From an uncultured Rivularia sp. (GTDB lineage Bacteria > Cyanobacteriota > Cyanobacteriia > Cyanobacteriales > Nostocaceae): 64,000 nt of DNA. The stretch covers positions 6,752,001 through 6,816,000 of the forward strand of contig OY762007.1 of NCBI GenBank assembly GCA_963665115.1. The letters run 5' to 3'. A program made the position numbers and the translations under genes. Numbering within the stretch: the stretch's first letter is position 1; each line of letters begins with the position of its first letter. Shown one piece after another: positions 20,605-33,086 of this stretch. The notes beneath the pieces were generated by a model. That model had not been told where the DNA came from. It saw nothing but the letters and a program-made list of their open reading frames with translations, and did not search any database.

Positions 20605-21294
20605 ATGCGCTCACCATCTCAAGAGCCGAGTAATCATACACATAAGCCACCAAGGGCAATTTTGAACTCAATTAAAGCATTTCCTCCCAATAGGGATACT
20701 TTAGGAGGAACCGCTTACTTTATTGTAAGAAACGAAGGCAATATTTTGATTGACTCTCCGGCTTGGGACAAAAATAATCAAGATTTTCTAGAAAGTAATG
20801 GTGGTGTACGTTGGTTGTTTATCAGTCATCGCGGTGCCATTGGTAAAAGTGAAGAAATTCAGAAAACTTTTGGCTGTGAAATTTTAATTCAAGAGCAAGA
20901 AGCTTATTTACTACCTGAATCAAAGGTAACTGCTTTTAGCGATAAATTTACTATTGATTCAGTATCGCAAGCAATTTGGACACCCGGTCATTCTCCCGGT
21001 TCGTCTTGTCTTTACCACAATTCGGAGGGAGGAATATTGTTTTCAGGAAGACACTTAGTTCCCAACCGACAAGCCGAGCCAGTACCTTTAAGAACATCTA
21101 AAACCTTTCACTGGCACCGACAAATTAAAAGCATTAAGTTATTACTAGAGAATTTCACACCCCAAACACTTAAATACATCTGCCCCGGCGCAAACACCGG
21201 CTTTCTCCGAGGAGAACGTTTGATCGATAACGCTTACACTAGTTTAGCTAATCTTGATTTAGCAGAATTACTTAGGGCAACATCTCTTCTTTGA
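20605..21294 (+). CDS. MBL-fold metallo-hydrolase
   Basis: ILIDSP, FISHRG and TPGHSPGS motifs. Confidence 0.8.
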   Translation: MRSPSQEPSNHTHKPPRAILNSIKAFPPNRDTLGGTAYFIVRNEGNILIDSPAWDKNNQDFLESNGGVRWLFISHRGAIGKSEEIQKTFGCEILIQEQEAYLLPESKVTAFSDKFTIDSVSQAIWTPGHSPGSSCLYHNSEGGILFSGRHLVPNRQAEPVPLRTSKTFHWHRQIKSIKLLLENFTPQTLKYICPGANTGFLRGERLIDNAYTSLANLDLAELLRATSLL

Positions 21295-21381
21295 GAATTG
21301 GTTGGGGGATTGGAGAGGGGGTAGACAAGAGGAATTTTAACCTTTGACCTTAACTACTCCCTACTCCCTACTCCTAACTGG

Positions 21382-22611
21382 TCACTGATAACTGCTCACT
21401 GTTGACTGTAAAAGTTCTACTGCTGCTTGATATTGAACGTCATCGGAAGTGGCTATCCGATCGATTTTTATTGGTTCTGAGGAAACTACTTTGTCTGGAG
21501 TAATGCCTAATTTATTAATATCTCGATGTAGTGGTGTTTCATATTTAGCGATTGTTACCGCTAAACCGGAACCGTCTGATAATTCAAATAATGATTGGAT
21601 TAAGCCTTTTCCAAAGGTTTTTTCTCCTACGAGAGTTGCACGTTTGTTGTCTTGTAGGGCACCAGCAAGAATTTCGCTGGCGCTTGCCGATCCTTGGTTT
21701 ACCAATACAGCTAATGGATCTTTTGTTAATGCTGGGCCAAAAGATTCAAAGTTCCCTTGGATGCCTTGACGGTTTACTGTATAAACTACAATACCTGAGT
21801 CTAACCACAGTCGAGCAACTTCTATTCCAGCTTGTAACAAACCACCGGGATTATTTCGCAAGTCCAGAACGTAGCTATCTGCCCCTTTTTCTTCTAATTC
21901 GCTAATTGCATGAGCTAATTCCGCTGGAGCGTTAGCATTAAATTGAGTCAGGCGGATGTAGCCAATATCTAAATCTTTATCTTTTTGTAATTTAGCAATT
22001 ACCGGATTCAAAGTAATGCGATCGCGGATGATGGAAATTTCTTTTGGAGAAGTGCCGTCTCTCTCTATAACTAAGCTCACAGCAGTTCCGATTTTACCGC
22101 GCATCAAGGAAGCTGCTTTGTCGAGAGTAATATTTTCTGTGGGTGTGTTTTCAATTTTGATAATGCGATCGCGTGCTTGAATGCCTGCTTTTTCAGCCGG
22201 AGAACCTGCAATAGGTGTAACTACTTCTAACTTACCTGTTTCGGGATTTAAAGCTATTTGCAATCCTACCCCTGTTAATTCTCCAGAAGTATTGACTTGC
22301 AAACTGCGATACTGCCGGGGATCTAAAAACCTTGTAAAAGGATCATCAAGGCTTTTGAGCATATTTTGAATTGCTGAGTACGCTGTTTGACTATCTTTTA
22401 GCCTTGCTTTCAAAGCTTCTTGCCTTACTTGTGCCCAATTTTGATGGTTAAATGTATCATCTAAATAAGTTCGATTCACAATCCGCCAAGCTTGGGATAC
22501 TAGTTTCTGTTCGTCTGTTAAAGCGGCTGCTGGGAAGCAAAAACTACCAAATGCGACCCAAAAAGCCAGAATCAATGATAAAATACCCCGAAAAACCTTT
22601 AAATTATCCAT
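21382..22611 (-). CDS. ctpA: Carboxyl-terminal processing protease (S41)
   Basis: PDZ domain, LDLRNNPGG, SASASEI and TFGKGLIQ; divergent from petB. Confidence 0.9.
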   Translation of the reverse strand: MDNLKVFRGILSLILAFWVAFGSFCFPAAALTDEQKLVSQAWRIVNRTYLDDTFNHQNWAQVRQEALKARLKDSQTAYSAIQNMLKSLDDPFTRFLDPRQYRSLQVNTSGELTGVGLQIALNPETGKLEVVTPIAGSPAEKAGIQARDRIIKIENTPTENITLDKAASLMRGKIGTAVSLVIERDGTSPKEISIIRDRITLNPVIAKLQKDKDLDIGYIRLTQFNANAPAELAHAISELEEKGADSYVLDLRNNPGGLLQAGIEVARLWLDSGIVVYTVNRQGIQGNFESFGPALTKDPLAVLVNQGSASASEILAGALQDNKRATLVGEKTFGKGLIQSLFELSDGSGLAVTIAKYETPLHRDINKLGITPDKVVSSEPIKIDRIATSDDVQYQAAVELLQSTVSSYQ

Positions 22612-23018
22612 AAACTCGATTTTTACTTTTATTTCAACCACTTTACACATCTCAAAGCAGCTTTCGCGAGCTTCGATAAGATGAAATCTATCTCTCGATT
22701 ATGTTACTTTTTTTATAGAAGTGTTTTTTGTCGCGAGTAATTTCGGGCGACTGACTTCTAATAGTTGGGTCAATAGCGCCCATGAAACGCTATGATCTAG
22801 TTTGTATCGATCTCTTTTTTTTTGTGGCTCGGATACAAGCAGAACGCAATACATTCCCTCTTGAGAGAGTGAAAATGTTTCTTAAAACTATCATTACTCT
22901 GACAGTTTAAAAGTAAATTCACTTTCTGACAGGTTCGTTCAAAATCTCGGTTGGCACGTGTGGCCAATGCAAGCGAGATAATTATCAACCGCAATCTTTA
23001 TCTAGGAATCTGGGTTGT

Positions 23019-23667
23019 ATGACCAACGTAATTGACTGGTTTGATGAGCGCTTAGAAGTTCAAGCGCTTGCAGATGACGTTACAAGCAAGTATGTTCCTC
23101 CCCACGTAAACATTTTCTACTGCTTGGGTGGAATTACTCTTACTTGCTTTTTAATCCAGTTCGCAACTGGATTTGCAATGACTTTTTATTACAAGCCAAC
23201 CGTTGCTGAAGCTTATTCTTCAGTAGAGTACATCATGAACGAAGTCAGCTTCGGTTGGTTGATTCGTTCCGTTCATCGCTGGTCTGCCAGCATGATGGTG
23301 TTAATGATGATTTTGCACACCTTCCGGGTTTATTTAACTGGTGGTTTCAAGAAGCCCCGTGAATTGACTTGGGTCACAGGTGTTGTTCTAGCTGTAATTA
23401 CCGTATCTTTCGGTGTAACTGGCTACTCTTTGCCTTGGGATCAGATAGGTTACTGGGCTGTGAAGATCGTTAGCGGTGTACCAGAAGCGATTCCCGTAGT
23501 TGGAGTTTTAATTTCTGATATGTTACGTGGCGGTTCTAGCGTAGGACAAGCTACTTTGACTCGCTACTACAGCGCTCATACCTTTGTACTCCCTTGGTTG
23601 ATTGCAGTATTTATGCTGGCGCATTTCTTGATGATTCGCAAGCAAGGTATAAGTGGCCCCATTATAA
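23019..23667 (+). CDS. petB: Cytochrome b6 (apparent extra C at ~23658; true end GISGPL*)
   Basis: [21 protein letters not shown] and IRKQGISGP motifs. Confidence 0.98.
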
Positions 23668-23911
23668 TTTCGAGCAAAATCTTTTGATTTGAACGAAATT
23701 TTAATCAGGCTAAAACAGGCACAATATGCCATCTGCAAAACTGCAAGCGATCGGTTATTTGTTTTAAAATTGGTCTAATAACAGACCGCCGAAAGCAAAT
23801 ACTTGAATATATCAGTTTTAGAGGGTGTAAATTCCTTTATGACTGCCTATTAGCCGACGGTTTAACCGAAATTCACAATACTCAACTTAAATAGAAGAGT
23901 ACCTAAAAAAA

Positions 23912-24394
23912 ATGGCAACATTAAAGAAACCGGATCTAAGCGATCCACAATTGAGAGCCAAATTAGCTAAAGGCATGGGTCACAACTACTATGGTGAACC
24001 TGCTTGGCCTAATGACTTGCTCTACGTTTTCCCAGTTGTAATTATGGGTTCCTTTGCTTGTATCGTGGCTCTAGCAGTGCTAGATCCTGCGATGACAGGA
24101 GAACCAGCGAATCCTTTTGCAACACCTTTGGAAATCTTGCCTGAGTGGTATTTGTACCCAGTTTTCCAAATTTTGCGTTCGCTTCCTAACAAGCTTTTGG
24201 GAGTATTGGCAATGGCTGCCGTACCTCTGGGACTGATTCTTGTTCCTTTCATTGAGAACGTTAACAAGTTCCAAAACCCTTTCCGTCGTCCTGTAGCTAC
24301 CGCAGTATTCCTGTTCGGAACTTTGGTAACAATCTATTTGGGTATCGGCGCAACTTTACCTTTAGATAAGTCTCTTACTTTAGGACTCTTCTAA
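23912..24394 (+). CDS. petD: Cytochrome b6f subunit IV
   Basis: [14 protein letters not shown] and PEWY motifs. Confidence 0.98.
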   Translation: MATLKKPDLSDPQLRAKLAKGMGHNYYGEPAWPNDLLYVFPVVIMGSFACIVALAVLDPAMTGEPANPFATPLEILPEWYLYPVFQILRSLPNKLLGVLAMAAVPLGLILVPFIENVNKFQNPFRRPVATAVFLFGTLVTIYLGIGATLPLDKSLTLGLF

Positions 24395-24420
24395 ATCCGC
24401 TGTTCGTGAAGGTGTTATAG

Positions 24421-24494
24421 CGCCTGTGGGGTTTCTCGTATTGAGTGCTTATTAATAGGTACTCGTGAGAAACTCTAACAGGCGTTAATTTTTT
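24421..24494 (+). terminator. Long stem-loop plus T tract after petD
   Basis: CGCCTGT..GTTTCTC..GAGTGCTT/AGGTACTC..GAGAAAC..ACAGGCG followed by TTAATTTTTT. Confidence 0.6.
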
Positions 24495-25137
24495 CAAAAT
24501 TTATATGCTTACTAAATTTTAGAAATTAACAGCTGAGAATCGGGATAAATATTTTTGTCAAATATAATACTTTTAAATAATTTTGGTTATAGACTTAATT
24601 AGGATGTTAAAGTATCGGGGCAACCCGCGTAATCTTTGTATAGTAAGGATTATTTACCTCTAAAGTCAACATTTTTCTTAAAATCGTTTTTTTGTCTACT
24701 TCCTATTCTCCTCAACCCTTTTGTACGACTATTGAATGGCGCATCACAAGTACGGATATAGTTATAGCTTTTGAACCAAAGATCGAAAGCATTGCATAGT
24801 AAACTATAATCTTGAACACCTTAAAATTATTTTCCTTCTAATGCTTGACTAAATTCCCCAACTTATATCAACAAAAATATCAACTGAAAACAAACAGCAT
24901 TGTCTTAAAATCGTAATATCATACTTAAAGAGATCTAGTAACGTGGTAAAATAATTTACATAAATAGGGTTTGTGAACTTGAATACGTATTTAAGCGCAT
25001 GAAGCACCCAAAGGTGAATTTAAAGTATATTTGGGATTTTTTAAATTAAGAAGAGCAAATCAGATTTTTAAATCTGAGCTTTATAAACTATAAAAGATGT
25101 AAGTAAAGTTAATCTATTAATATTTAAGTCAAGGTCA

Positions 25138-25578
25138 ATGCTAGCAATTGTGGAGCAAGACCATCTGACGGTTAAGAGCGAACTTAAGCTTCTAAACCAG
25201 GTACAACAATGGTTTGAAAAATTCTGTCTGCGTAATTTATCCGGGCTTAGTTGGCTGGAAAGTCAACAGTATCGACTTAATTTGGCATTAGCTGAAGGCT
25301 TTACAAATGCCGTTCGTCATGCACATCAAGCTTTACCACCAGAAACAAACATTGATATTGATGTATTGCTATGGAATGACAAACTGGAAATTAAAATCTG
25401 GGATTACGGTAAGCCATTTAATCCAGATGCAATAGCCGAACCAGAACCCGGTACTTTACAAGTAGGAGGGTACGGGTGGTTTCTATTAAGACGATTGGCC
25501 GATGAAGTCGTTTACGAACGCGATACGGATGGCAGAAACTGTTTGCTCATCGTCAAGTATGGTACGCATGAAAAATAA
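25138..25578 (+). CDS. Anti-sigma factor / RsbW-like ATP-binding protein
   Basis: LAEGFTNAVRHA, IWDYG and GGYGW motifs (HATPase_c). Confidence 0.85.
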   Translation: MLAIVEQDHLTVKSELKLLNQVQQWFEKFCLRNLSGLSWLESQQYRLNLALAEGFTNAVRHAHQALPPETNIDIDVLLWNDKLEIKIWDYGKPFNPDAIAEPEPGTLQVGGYGWFLLRRLADEVVYERDTDGRNCLLIVKYGTHEK

Positions 25579-26451
25579 TCGAGACTAATAATGTTTGTAA
25601 AATTTTTACGTCAATTCAAAAATTAGTTTTATTGCACTGAATTTTCGGTAAATATATCAGAATCTGGTTTGGTTCCTGTTAGCGTCAGCAATAAGGAACC
25701 ATATCTGTTCGCATGGTGACAAAACCAGGGTTATAGCCGTACAAGGAATGCTAAATTATTGGCATAAAAGGCTATGAACTCTACTATACATCGATTATCG
25801 GCTTAAAAAATTACAACCTAAACTTATACCGTTTTCTTTCTCTATTCCCTATTCCCTGTTCCCAGATCCGGCGTTCCCTCTTCTACGACTATTTAATGCC
25901 GCATAACAAGTAAGGCTATACCCGGATTTCTCACATAAGATGACAGATTATTTACTTTAAATATTGAATTAAAGAAGTTTTTGATATGAAAAAATCAATA
26001 TTTTTTTAATCGGAATTTGACTAAAATTTAAGCAAAATTTACAATTACTTTAAACAAGAAATAAATGTATAAAATAATTCTTGAAATACCGTATACACAG
26101 CATTAGAGTTACAGTTTTTATTTTGTTAGAATTTGACAGCGAGGGAGACTCAAAAAGTAGCTCATAGCTTGTCTTTCATAGCGTGCTGTGCGGCTCCAGG
26201 GCTTAGATAACTTAGCCCTAGTTGATTGTGGAATATATTTGTAGCGATTTTTTTTAATTTAAAAAATAGTAAAAGTAGAAGGAGTAAAGGCACAATCTTT
26301 AAAACAGCATCGTCTAAAAATACTTGTGTGTGTAGCTATTATTTTCGCTGCCATATTACTAACATAAAGCTATTAAACAATAAAATTAGTGTTACTGCGA
26401 TTAAATAATGCATCGTTATCAACCGCAGCAGCAATAAGGAGAATATAAAAA

Positions 26452-27646
26452 ATGTTACTAACGCCATCAGATCAAAAAACTTACTTAAACTTAATTAACA
26501 GTAAAGATAATAAAAAACTCAACCACATTTTCGTTTTTTTAGAAGTTTTTTCTCGCGAAGGTGGAATTCAATCTTATGTAAAAGATGTGTTTCAAGCTTA
26601 TAACACATTGTCAGAACCGCTTCGTGGAGAAGTCTTTTTGTTACGAGATGAAAAAGGTTGTGCAAATCCTTTTGAATCGGAACGATTACAATTCCATTAT
26701 TTTAAAGCTAAGTCTTCTCAAATAGCACGGATGAAGATGGCTTTGGTCCTACTGAAACGTTTAATTCAAGAACGTCCAGATCGTGTATTTTGCGGTCATG
26801 CTTACTTAGCACCTTTAGTTGGTACGTTATGTCAACCTTTAGGAATTCCTTATACCGTAATTACTCATGGTAAAGAGGTTTGGGAACCTTTACCTCAGTT
26901 GACTAAAACTAATCTCCAAAGAGCTTCACAAATTTGGACTGTCAGTCGCTATACTCGTGAGATTGCCAGTACTGCCAATAGTTTAAATACCAGTAAAATC
27001 CAAATAATGCCTTGCGCTGTCGATGGCGATCGCTTTACTCCTGGAGACAAACCAGCGGATTTATTAGAACGTTACGATCTCGCAGGAGCCAAAGTTCTGA
27101 TGAGCGTAACGCGATTATGGTCTGGTGATATTTACAAAGGAGTAGATGTTACGATTCGAGCATTATCACAAATAGCTGAAGTTTTTCCCGAAGTTAAATA
27201 TTTAGTAATTGGACGTGGTGACGATCGTCCCCGCTTAATGCAGTTAGCCAAAGATTTAGGGGTAGAAGATAAAGTAATTTTTGCTGGGTTTCGTCGCCAC
27301 AGAGGAATTAGTACGCCACTATCACCTTGCTGATGCTTATATTATGCCGTCTCAAGAAGGTTTCGGTATTGTGTATTTAGAAGCAATGGCTTGTGGTGTA
27401 CCCGTACTATCCGGTGATGCTGATGGTTCGGCTGACCCATTACAAGATGGTAAATTGGGATGGCGAGTACCTCATCGCGATCGCGATTCTGTAGCAGCAG
27501 CTTGTATCGAAATTCTCAAAGGAGATGACCGACGTTGTGATGGAGAATGGTTGAGAAAGGAAGTTCTTTCTGAATTCGGTATCAAAGCCTTTCAAAAACG
27601 ATTGCTTTCTCAGTTTTTATCAACAACTAAAACGAGTAGGGAGTAG
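26452..27646 (+). CDS. Glycosyltransferase family 4 (apparent +1 frameshift at ~27290)
   Basis: GGIQSY, YKGVD and EGFGIVYLEAMACG; two overlapping ORFs join at FAGFV. Confidence 0.85.
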
Positions 27647-27824
27647 GGAATAGTGAGTAATCTGGATTTTTGATTCTTAATCCCGTAATTCCTTCGTCTC
27701 CTTGTCTCCCCATCTCCCTCTCATCTGTATAATTTTTTAAAATTTTTTAACCTTTTATTTGTAGGACTTGCCTTGACTTTGGGATAAACTCGCTATCCTA
27801 GAAAGAGACTTGGATTATTTTAAA

Positions 27825-28196
27825 ATGAGCTTTAGAACATTTCAATCAAATTTCTCACATTTGCGTCCTTGGCTCACCTTATTCGCAATTGTTTGGTTGC
27901 TGGGTACATTCGGCTTGGGTTGGTTAGTCAATTCGTTATTAATTATTCTTGGGTTGCTATTTTTAGTACCTATTGTGGCTTTTTTCGGTTTTCGCTGGTG
28001 GTTGCAACGTAGTTTGATTGTTGATAACTGTCCGGTTTGCTCAACTGAGATTACGGGTTTAAACAATACTCAGCTAGAGTGTCCTAGTTGTGGCGAAAAG
28101 TTGCTTGTGGAAAACCGAAATCTCAAACGTTTCACCCCAGAAGGAACTATTGACGTAACAGCAATAGAAGTACCTGCAAAATCAATTGAAGATTAA
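27825..28196 (+). CDS. Conserved membrane protein with a Zn-ribbon
   Basis: Two TM helices, then CPVC...CPSC. Confidence 0.7.
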   Translation: MSFRTFQSNFSHLRPWLTLFAIVWLLGTFGLGWLVNSLLIILGLLFLVPIVAFFGFRWWLQRSLIVDNCPVCSTEITGLNNTQLECPSCGEKLLVENRNLKRFTPEGTIDVTAIEVPAKSIED

Positions 28197-28677
28197 CGAT
28201 GGGTGGCGTTATTTAAGATCGGAACAGAGAATATAGGTGTCAGTTTAAATAGCAAACACGAGCTACCGAAACAAAAATAGTAGGTAGTTTCGCTTTATTA
28301 AAAAAAACTGGCGCTATTAAAGGATTGCGACAGATGAAAAACTTAAAACTATTACTAATTTCTCTTTGATAATGCGACGCACCTACATCAAATTACAGAT
28401 TATAATGTAGCCTTATCGGCGACTCCTCTATAAGGACATTGACCGTTAGCGCAGCGTCTCCGGAGGAGATGCTTTGAAGCCCTATGCCCCAGGGACTTGC
28501 TATGAGATTGTTTCTTAAATTTGTAGGCTGCGGTTAGCAATTATTTGATTATACCTATATATTGAATTTTACCATAAATCTTGCCTCGGCTTTCAACGAA
28601 GCCTCTTCACTGCGCTTCTGCGGGAGACTTCCCACCGAGATAGCTAAAATACAAAATGGGGTAGCCTTGACTTTTAA

Positions 28678-29118
28678 CTATTTTTGTGGCATCTTCTGTT
28701 GAGATATTGAGAGGGTGTAACTATTCTGTTGTTCGGACAAATCGCCTATATACAGCGAGTACTTACCTGCCTGCCAATATCCAGAAATTTCTGGTTTCTC
28801 TTGGGAATAATTATCCCCTAATACGCAAAAACGACCTTCTGGACCGTCAATTAACAGTGTTGGTTTTCCCTTACTTTCTACTGTTAAGCGTAAATAAGGT
28901 AGTGATTCTGCAACTTCCAACATTTTATTTGGTGTTGCACTAATGTTACCGCAATTACTTTTCTCAAATCCTCCAGATTTACCGCTAAGAATTAACGGAT
29001 CGGGTTGAAAATCGCGATCGATTTGTACTACTTCGGCTCTGACTAATTGAAGGTTAGCCAAAATTAAGGCGATCGCCAAAACTATAGGAAAAAATTTAAT
29101 TAACGTAGAGGTTTTCAT
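28678..29118 (-). CDS. Hypothetical secreted protein
   Basis: Signal peptide; TLLIDGP..C motif. Confidence 0.65.
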   Translation of the reverse strand: MKTSTLIKFFPIVLAIALILANLQLVRAEVVQIDRDFQPDPLILSGKSGGFEKSNCGNISATPNKMLEVAESLPYLRLTVESKGKPTLLIDGPEGRFCVLGDNYSQEKPEISGYWQAGKYSLYIGDLSEQQNSYTLSISQQKMPQK

Positions 29119-29465
29119 TTTTACAGTAATGTAAGAAGGTAATTTTATCTAGCCGTATTAAAAAACGGTGCTGCACCGTTGTTCTGGATTTGAGACGAGC
29201 AAAATCTTATTTCTGGTTATTTCTAGTTTAAATATTGTTAATCCGTATGTTTTGAATTCAGATTGTAACTAAATCCACTGTTATATATTTGAAGTAAGAA
29301 TTATTTTCTAGAAAGACATAGTGTATCAAACGATTATATTGGGTAATCAATAGTTTTCTTATACACAGCTATATTAGATAGAATCACATACAGAACCGCC
29401 AATTACGGTATATAGGTTTATTTGTTGTCATATAAATTTCCCTTCCGGTGAGGTAAAAAATATTA

Positions 29466-29813
29466 ATGAATCCTCAAACACAAGAAAATTTGAACGAGTA
29501 TCGCCTCCAGAAGCTAGTTACTCAAATCGATTCTGACTCAGCAGAACTTACTCCTTTACCGATTTTAACAACTTCCAGCCTGAATAGTAATAGTATTATT
29601 TATTACATTGTAAAGTGCATGAATTGGTTTTACCATTTACCAGCTATAGCCAAACTGGTAGTTGTGATTGTAGGAATTTTTGTCAGTTTTGCTATGTTGC
29701 AGGCAGCACTAAAACTGATTGCTTCTGTTATAAGTATGGCATTGCTGGCAGGATTAGTGTACCTTGGATACAATTTTTTCGTGGCTGGCAACAGTTCTCA
29801 AGTCAAAGAATAA
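29466..29813 (+). CDS. Hypothetical membrane protein
   Basis: GAGG RBS upstream; two TM helices. Confidence 0.55.
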   Translation: MNPQTQENLNEYRLQKLVTQIDSDSAELTPLPILTTSSLNSNSIIYYIVKCMNWFYHLPAIAKLVVVIVGIFVSFAMLQAALKLIASVISMALLAGLVYLGYNFFVAGNSSQVKE

Positions 29814-29872
29814 TTTATTTCTGCCTACGCGACCTTTTTTGCGTAGAAATCAATTTATAGGAATGGTGGTAA

Positions 29873-32024
29873 ATGGCAACTCCAACGGTAAGGAGAAGTA
29901 GCAAACAATTGGGACACCCAAAACAACCCCGAAGAACTAATCCGCTTTCGCTTTCTTCGCGGCGGGTTGCGGCTTGGGTAGCAGAAATCACGCTGTGCGC
30001 TGTCAGCGGTTTGGTGCCTTTTGGCATTGGTGCGTATACAAATACTAAAACGAATATGGAGCGTGTACCGCTTAATCCGGTACTGGTAGCAGCAGAAAGA
30101 ACAATTGCTTATCCTTTGGCTTTACCCGTAAGTTATGGTACTCGTAATGTCGCGTGGTCTACGAATTTCTTGTGGACGATCGCAATCTTAGCTCCTCTGT
30201 CACTTTCGTGCTGGCAATGGTATTTGCTAGCTAAAACCGGCAGTACTACTTCTAAGCGTTTGTTTGGCATTAAAGTAGTAACTGAAAAAAATCAACCGCC
30301 CGGTTTTAGGGCTGTTTTGCTGCGGGAAGGAAGTCGTTTTGCTCTACCAATTTCCGTAGCCTATATGTTGTGGCGCTACACTTTTTTGTTTCCAAACCTT
30401 GCTTTTTTCGCGGTATTAGTATTGTTAATGTCGCTTGCTGAAGCAATGGGTTTTCCGATGCTGCGGCAAGGTCGCTCAATTCACGATAGAGTTGCAGATA
30501 CTTATACTGTGGATGCCACCATTCCTTTCAACCCGTCATTATTACGCAGAAGGAATAAATCTAAGTGGGGGCAGGGAGATGAAGAAGCAGCCATAGAATC
30601 AATTGTAGTTACACCCCAAGACCAAGAAAAGGGTAGTTTATGGGTTTGGATGCGGCAAAACCCCAGCCTGACTTTGCTCGGAGTGGCGCTGTTGAGTATG
30701 GCTGGTGTATTAATCACTTTAGTCGGAACTCAAATTTATATTCAAACTAAAGAAAATCAAAAAGCAGTTATCACGAGTAAAAGCAAACAGTTTTTGGCAC
30801 TCGAACAACAATATTATGCCAATTCTGGAGTTAATAAACAAAATACAGTTGTAGCTTTAGGAACCCTTAGAGATACCCAAGCAACCATATTTCTCGCTGG
30901 TTTGCTGGTGAAAGAAAATGACCCAAATTTGTTAAAAAGTATCCAGCAAGCTTTAGTAAGTACTGGTCTTCAAGCCATTCCAGAACTTAAGAGGATGAAT
31001 CTTTTATTAGAACGTGAGTTGGATTCCCTATCTAGTAATCAAACCAGAGAAAGGCAAATTCGAGAAAAAAGTTTGTATGCCAATCAGCAGGCAATTAATA
31101 ATATTCTATCTGTTTATAACGGTAAAACAAATGGTATAGATCTAAGCCGCATCAAATTATCTCAAAACGATTCTACAAAAAATTCTGGTTCCAATTTAGC
31201 GTTAGACAAAGTTGATTTATGGGGAATTGATTTCAAGTACGCAAATTTGGATAAAGCTAGTTTTAGCGGTAGTCGTTTCCGTGGACCCTGGTGAAGATGG
31301 TCGTTGGGATACTTATGATGATTGGATTACCGATTTTAGTCAAGCCCAATTAAAACAAGCCGATTTAAGCGGTGCTAATCTTAGTCGCGTCTTAATGTTT
31401 CGTACTAATTTAAGCCGTGCCAACTTGAATCAAGCCAACTTATCCGCCGCACGTTTGGTTGGTGCCAACCTCAGTAGCGCTAGGTTAGCAAAAGCCGATT
31501 TACGCAATGCTGTTTTAGAAAATGCCAGTCTTACAGGAGCAGATTTAGGTGAAGCGAAATTAAACGATGCCGATTTATACGGCGCTCGTTTAGGTCGCGT
31601 TGTCGCGATTGGGACGCAATTGTCTAACGCTAATTTAATCAAAACCGAATGGCAAGAAGCGGACTTGTCTTCAGCTTATCTTGACCGCGCCAATCTAAGT
31701 AATGCTAATCTAAGTGCCACGCGACTGACTGGTGCTATTTTACGCTCTTCTAACTTGCAGAACGCTAACTTACGAAATGCCGATCTTAGTCTTGCAGATT
31801 TGCGGGGTGCAAATTTAGCAGGAGCAGATTTTCAAGGAACAATACTCTCTCCGAGGCAGCAAAATCCACCAGCAGACAAGTTTGTAGAAACCCCCACTAC
31901 AGGAATTCAATCTGCTGTCATCACAGGAGTTGATTTTAGCCAAGTTAAAAATTTAGACGACAATCAAAAAGCTTATATTTGTACTGAGGGAGGTTTTCAT
32001 AATAAGTATTGTCCGCAAAAATAG
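29873..32024 (+). CDS. hglK: RDD-domain membrane protein with pentapeptide repeats, HglK-like (apparent +1 frameshift at ~31287)
   Basis: RRVAAW..HDRVADTY RDD pattern, TM segments and a long AxLxx run; the joined protein is about 716 aa. Confidence 0.65.
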
Positions 32025-32202
32025 TTCGGAGTTCGGAGTTAAGAGTTATAAATCCACAACTTATATTTTTTAATTAGTGATTTGTAACTGGTCACTGTAT
32101 GTCCCTTCGGGGCACGCTCCGCTAACGGGACACGCTATGTCCTATCGGACAGGCTCCGCTAACGCTAACACTGATAACTGTTCACTGTTCACGGGTAGGA
32201 AA

Positions 32203-32697
32203 ATGAAGTGTCTTAAATATTTAGCCTCCGCAGTTTTAATTAGTTCGAGTTTGAGCTTAGCTTACCCTGCGAAACCCGCACAAGCTCAAGTTGCATACGG
32301 TAGTTATATTGGTGTTGGTGGTGCAGTTGGTGTATCTGATGGCGCTGATGTCGGAGGGGTTCTTGCCGTCCGCTACAAGCTTCTAGAAACACCCATATCT
32401 TTCCGTACACAAGCTTTAATTGGTGAAAATACGGCGGTTGTACCTATGGTTTCTTACGATGTTCCTCTTAACTGGCAAACTGATGCTTATTTAGGGGCTG
32501 GATTAGTTTTAGCTGGTGGAGATACACCTTCTCCCGTCGGTAATAAAGTCAGTTTTGCTTTGCAACCGGGTGTTGATTATATGGTACCTAACACCAACAC
32601 TGTAATTTTTGGTAATGCAATTATTGCTTTTGATGCTTACCGTGATAAAAGTAGTACTGCTCTTTCCGTACAGGGTGGTGTCGGTTTGAGGTTTTAA
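32203..32697 (+). CDS. Hypothetical outer-membrane beta-barrel-like protein
   Basis: Signal peptide, alternating beta pattern and C-terminal Phe. Confidence 0.65.
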   Translation: MKCLKYLASAVLISSSLSLAYPAKPAQAQVAYGSYIGVGGAVGVSDGADVGGVLAVRYKLLETPISFRTQALIGENTAVVPMVSYDVPLNWQTDAYLGAGLVLAGGDTPSPVGNKVSFALQPGVDYMVPNTNTVIFGNAIIAFDAYRDKSSTALSVQGGVGLRF

Positions 32698-32702
32698 TTA
32701 AA

Positions 32703-33070
32703 GGGAGTAGTAAGTAGTAAGTAGGGAGTAGTAAGTAGGGAGTAGGGAGTAGTAAGTAGTAAGTAGGGAGTAGAAAGTAGAAAGTAGGGAGTAGTAAGTA
32801 GGGAGTAGGGAGTAGGGAGTAGTAAGTAGGGAGTAGGTTTTTTGTTGTTTTGTTGTTTTTAGATTCAAATAAAAACCAATATATTCCTGTTAAGGAACCT
32901 GCTTTTTTCAAAAACCAGGTTTCTAATTTTTTTCTTATAAGGTTTGAAAGACGCTCCTGCAAAACATCGAAGAAACAAATTTTGACTATTCCTACTCTCT
33001 ACTCTCTACTCTCTACTTACTACTTACTACTCCCTACTTTCTACTTTCTACTCCCTACTCCCCACTGCCC
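32703..33070. repeat. Inverted STRR heptamer arrays (GGGAGTA)n...(TACTCCC)n between convergent genes
   Basis: Arms at ~32703-32835 and ~32990-33070. Confidence 0.85.
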
Positions 33071-33086
33071 ACTCCCTGAAGATCGA

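Noticed and set aside
23655..23687. Extended PetB C-terminus or programmed frameshifting
   Set aside because: A single extra C at a GGNCC site; the same error pattern appears in five other unrelated genes.
26135..26225. GC-richer patch upstream of the glycosyltransferase as a riboswitch
   Set aside because: No recognisable aptamer consensus; only one short hairpin.
28405..28650. Possible ncRNA between convergent genes
   Set aside because: Partly made of small dispersed repeats; no family or convincing fold could be identified.
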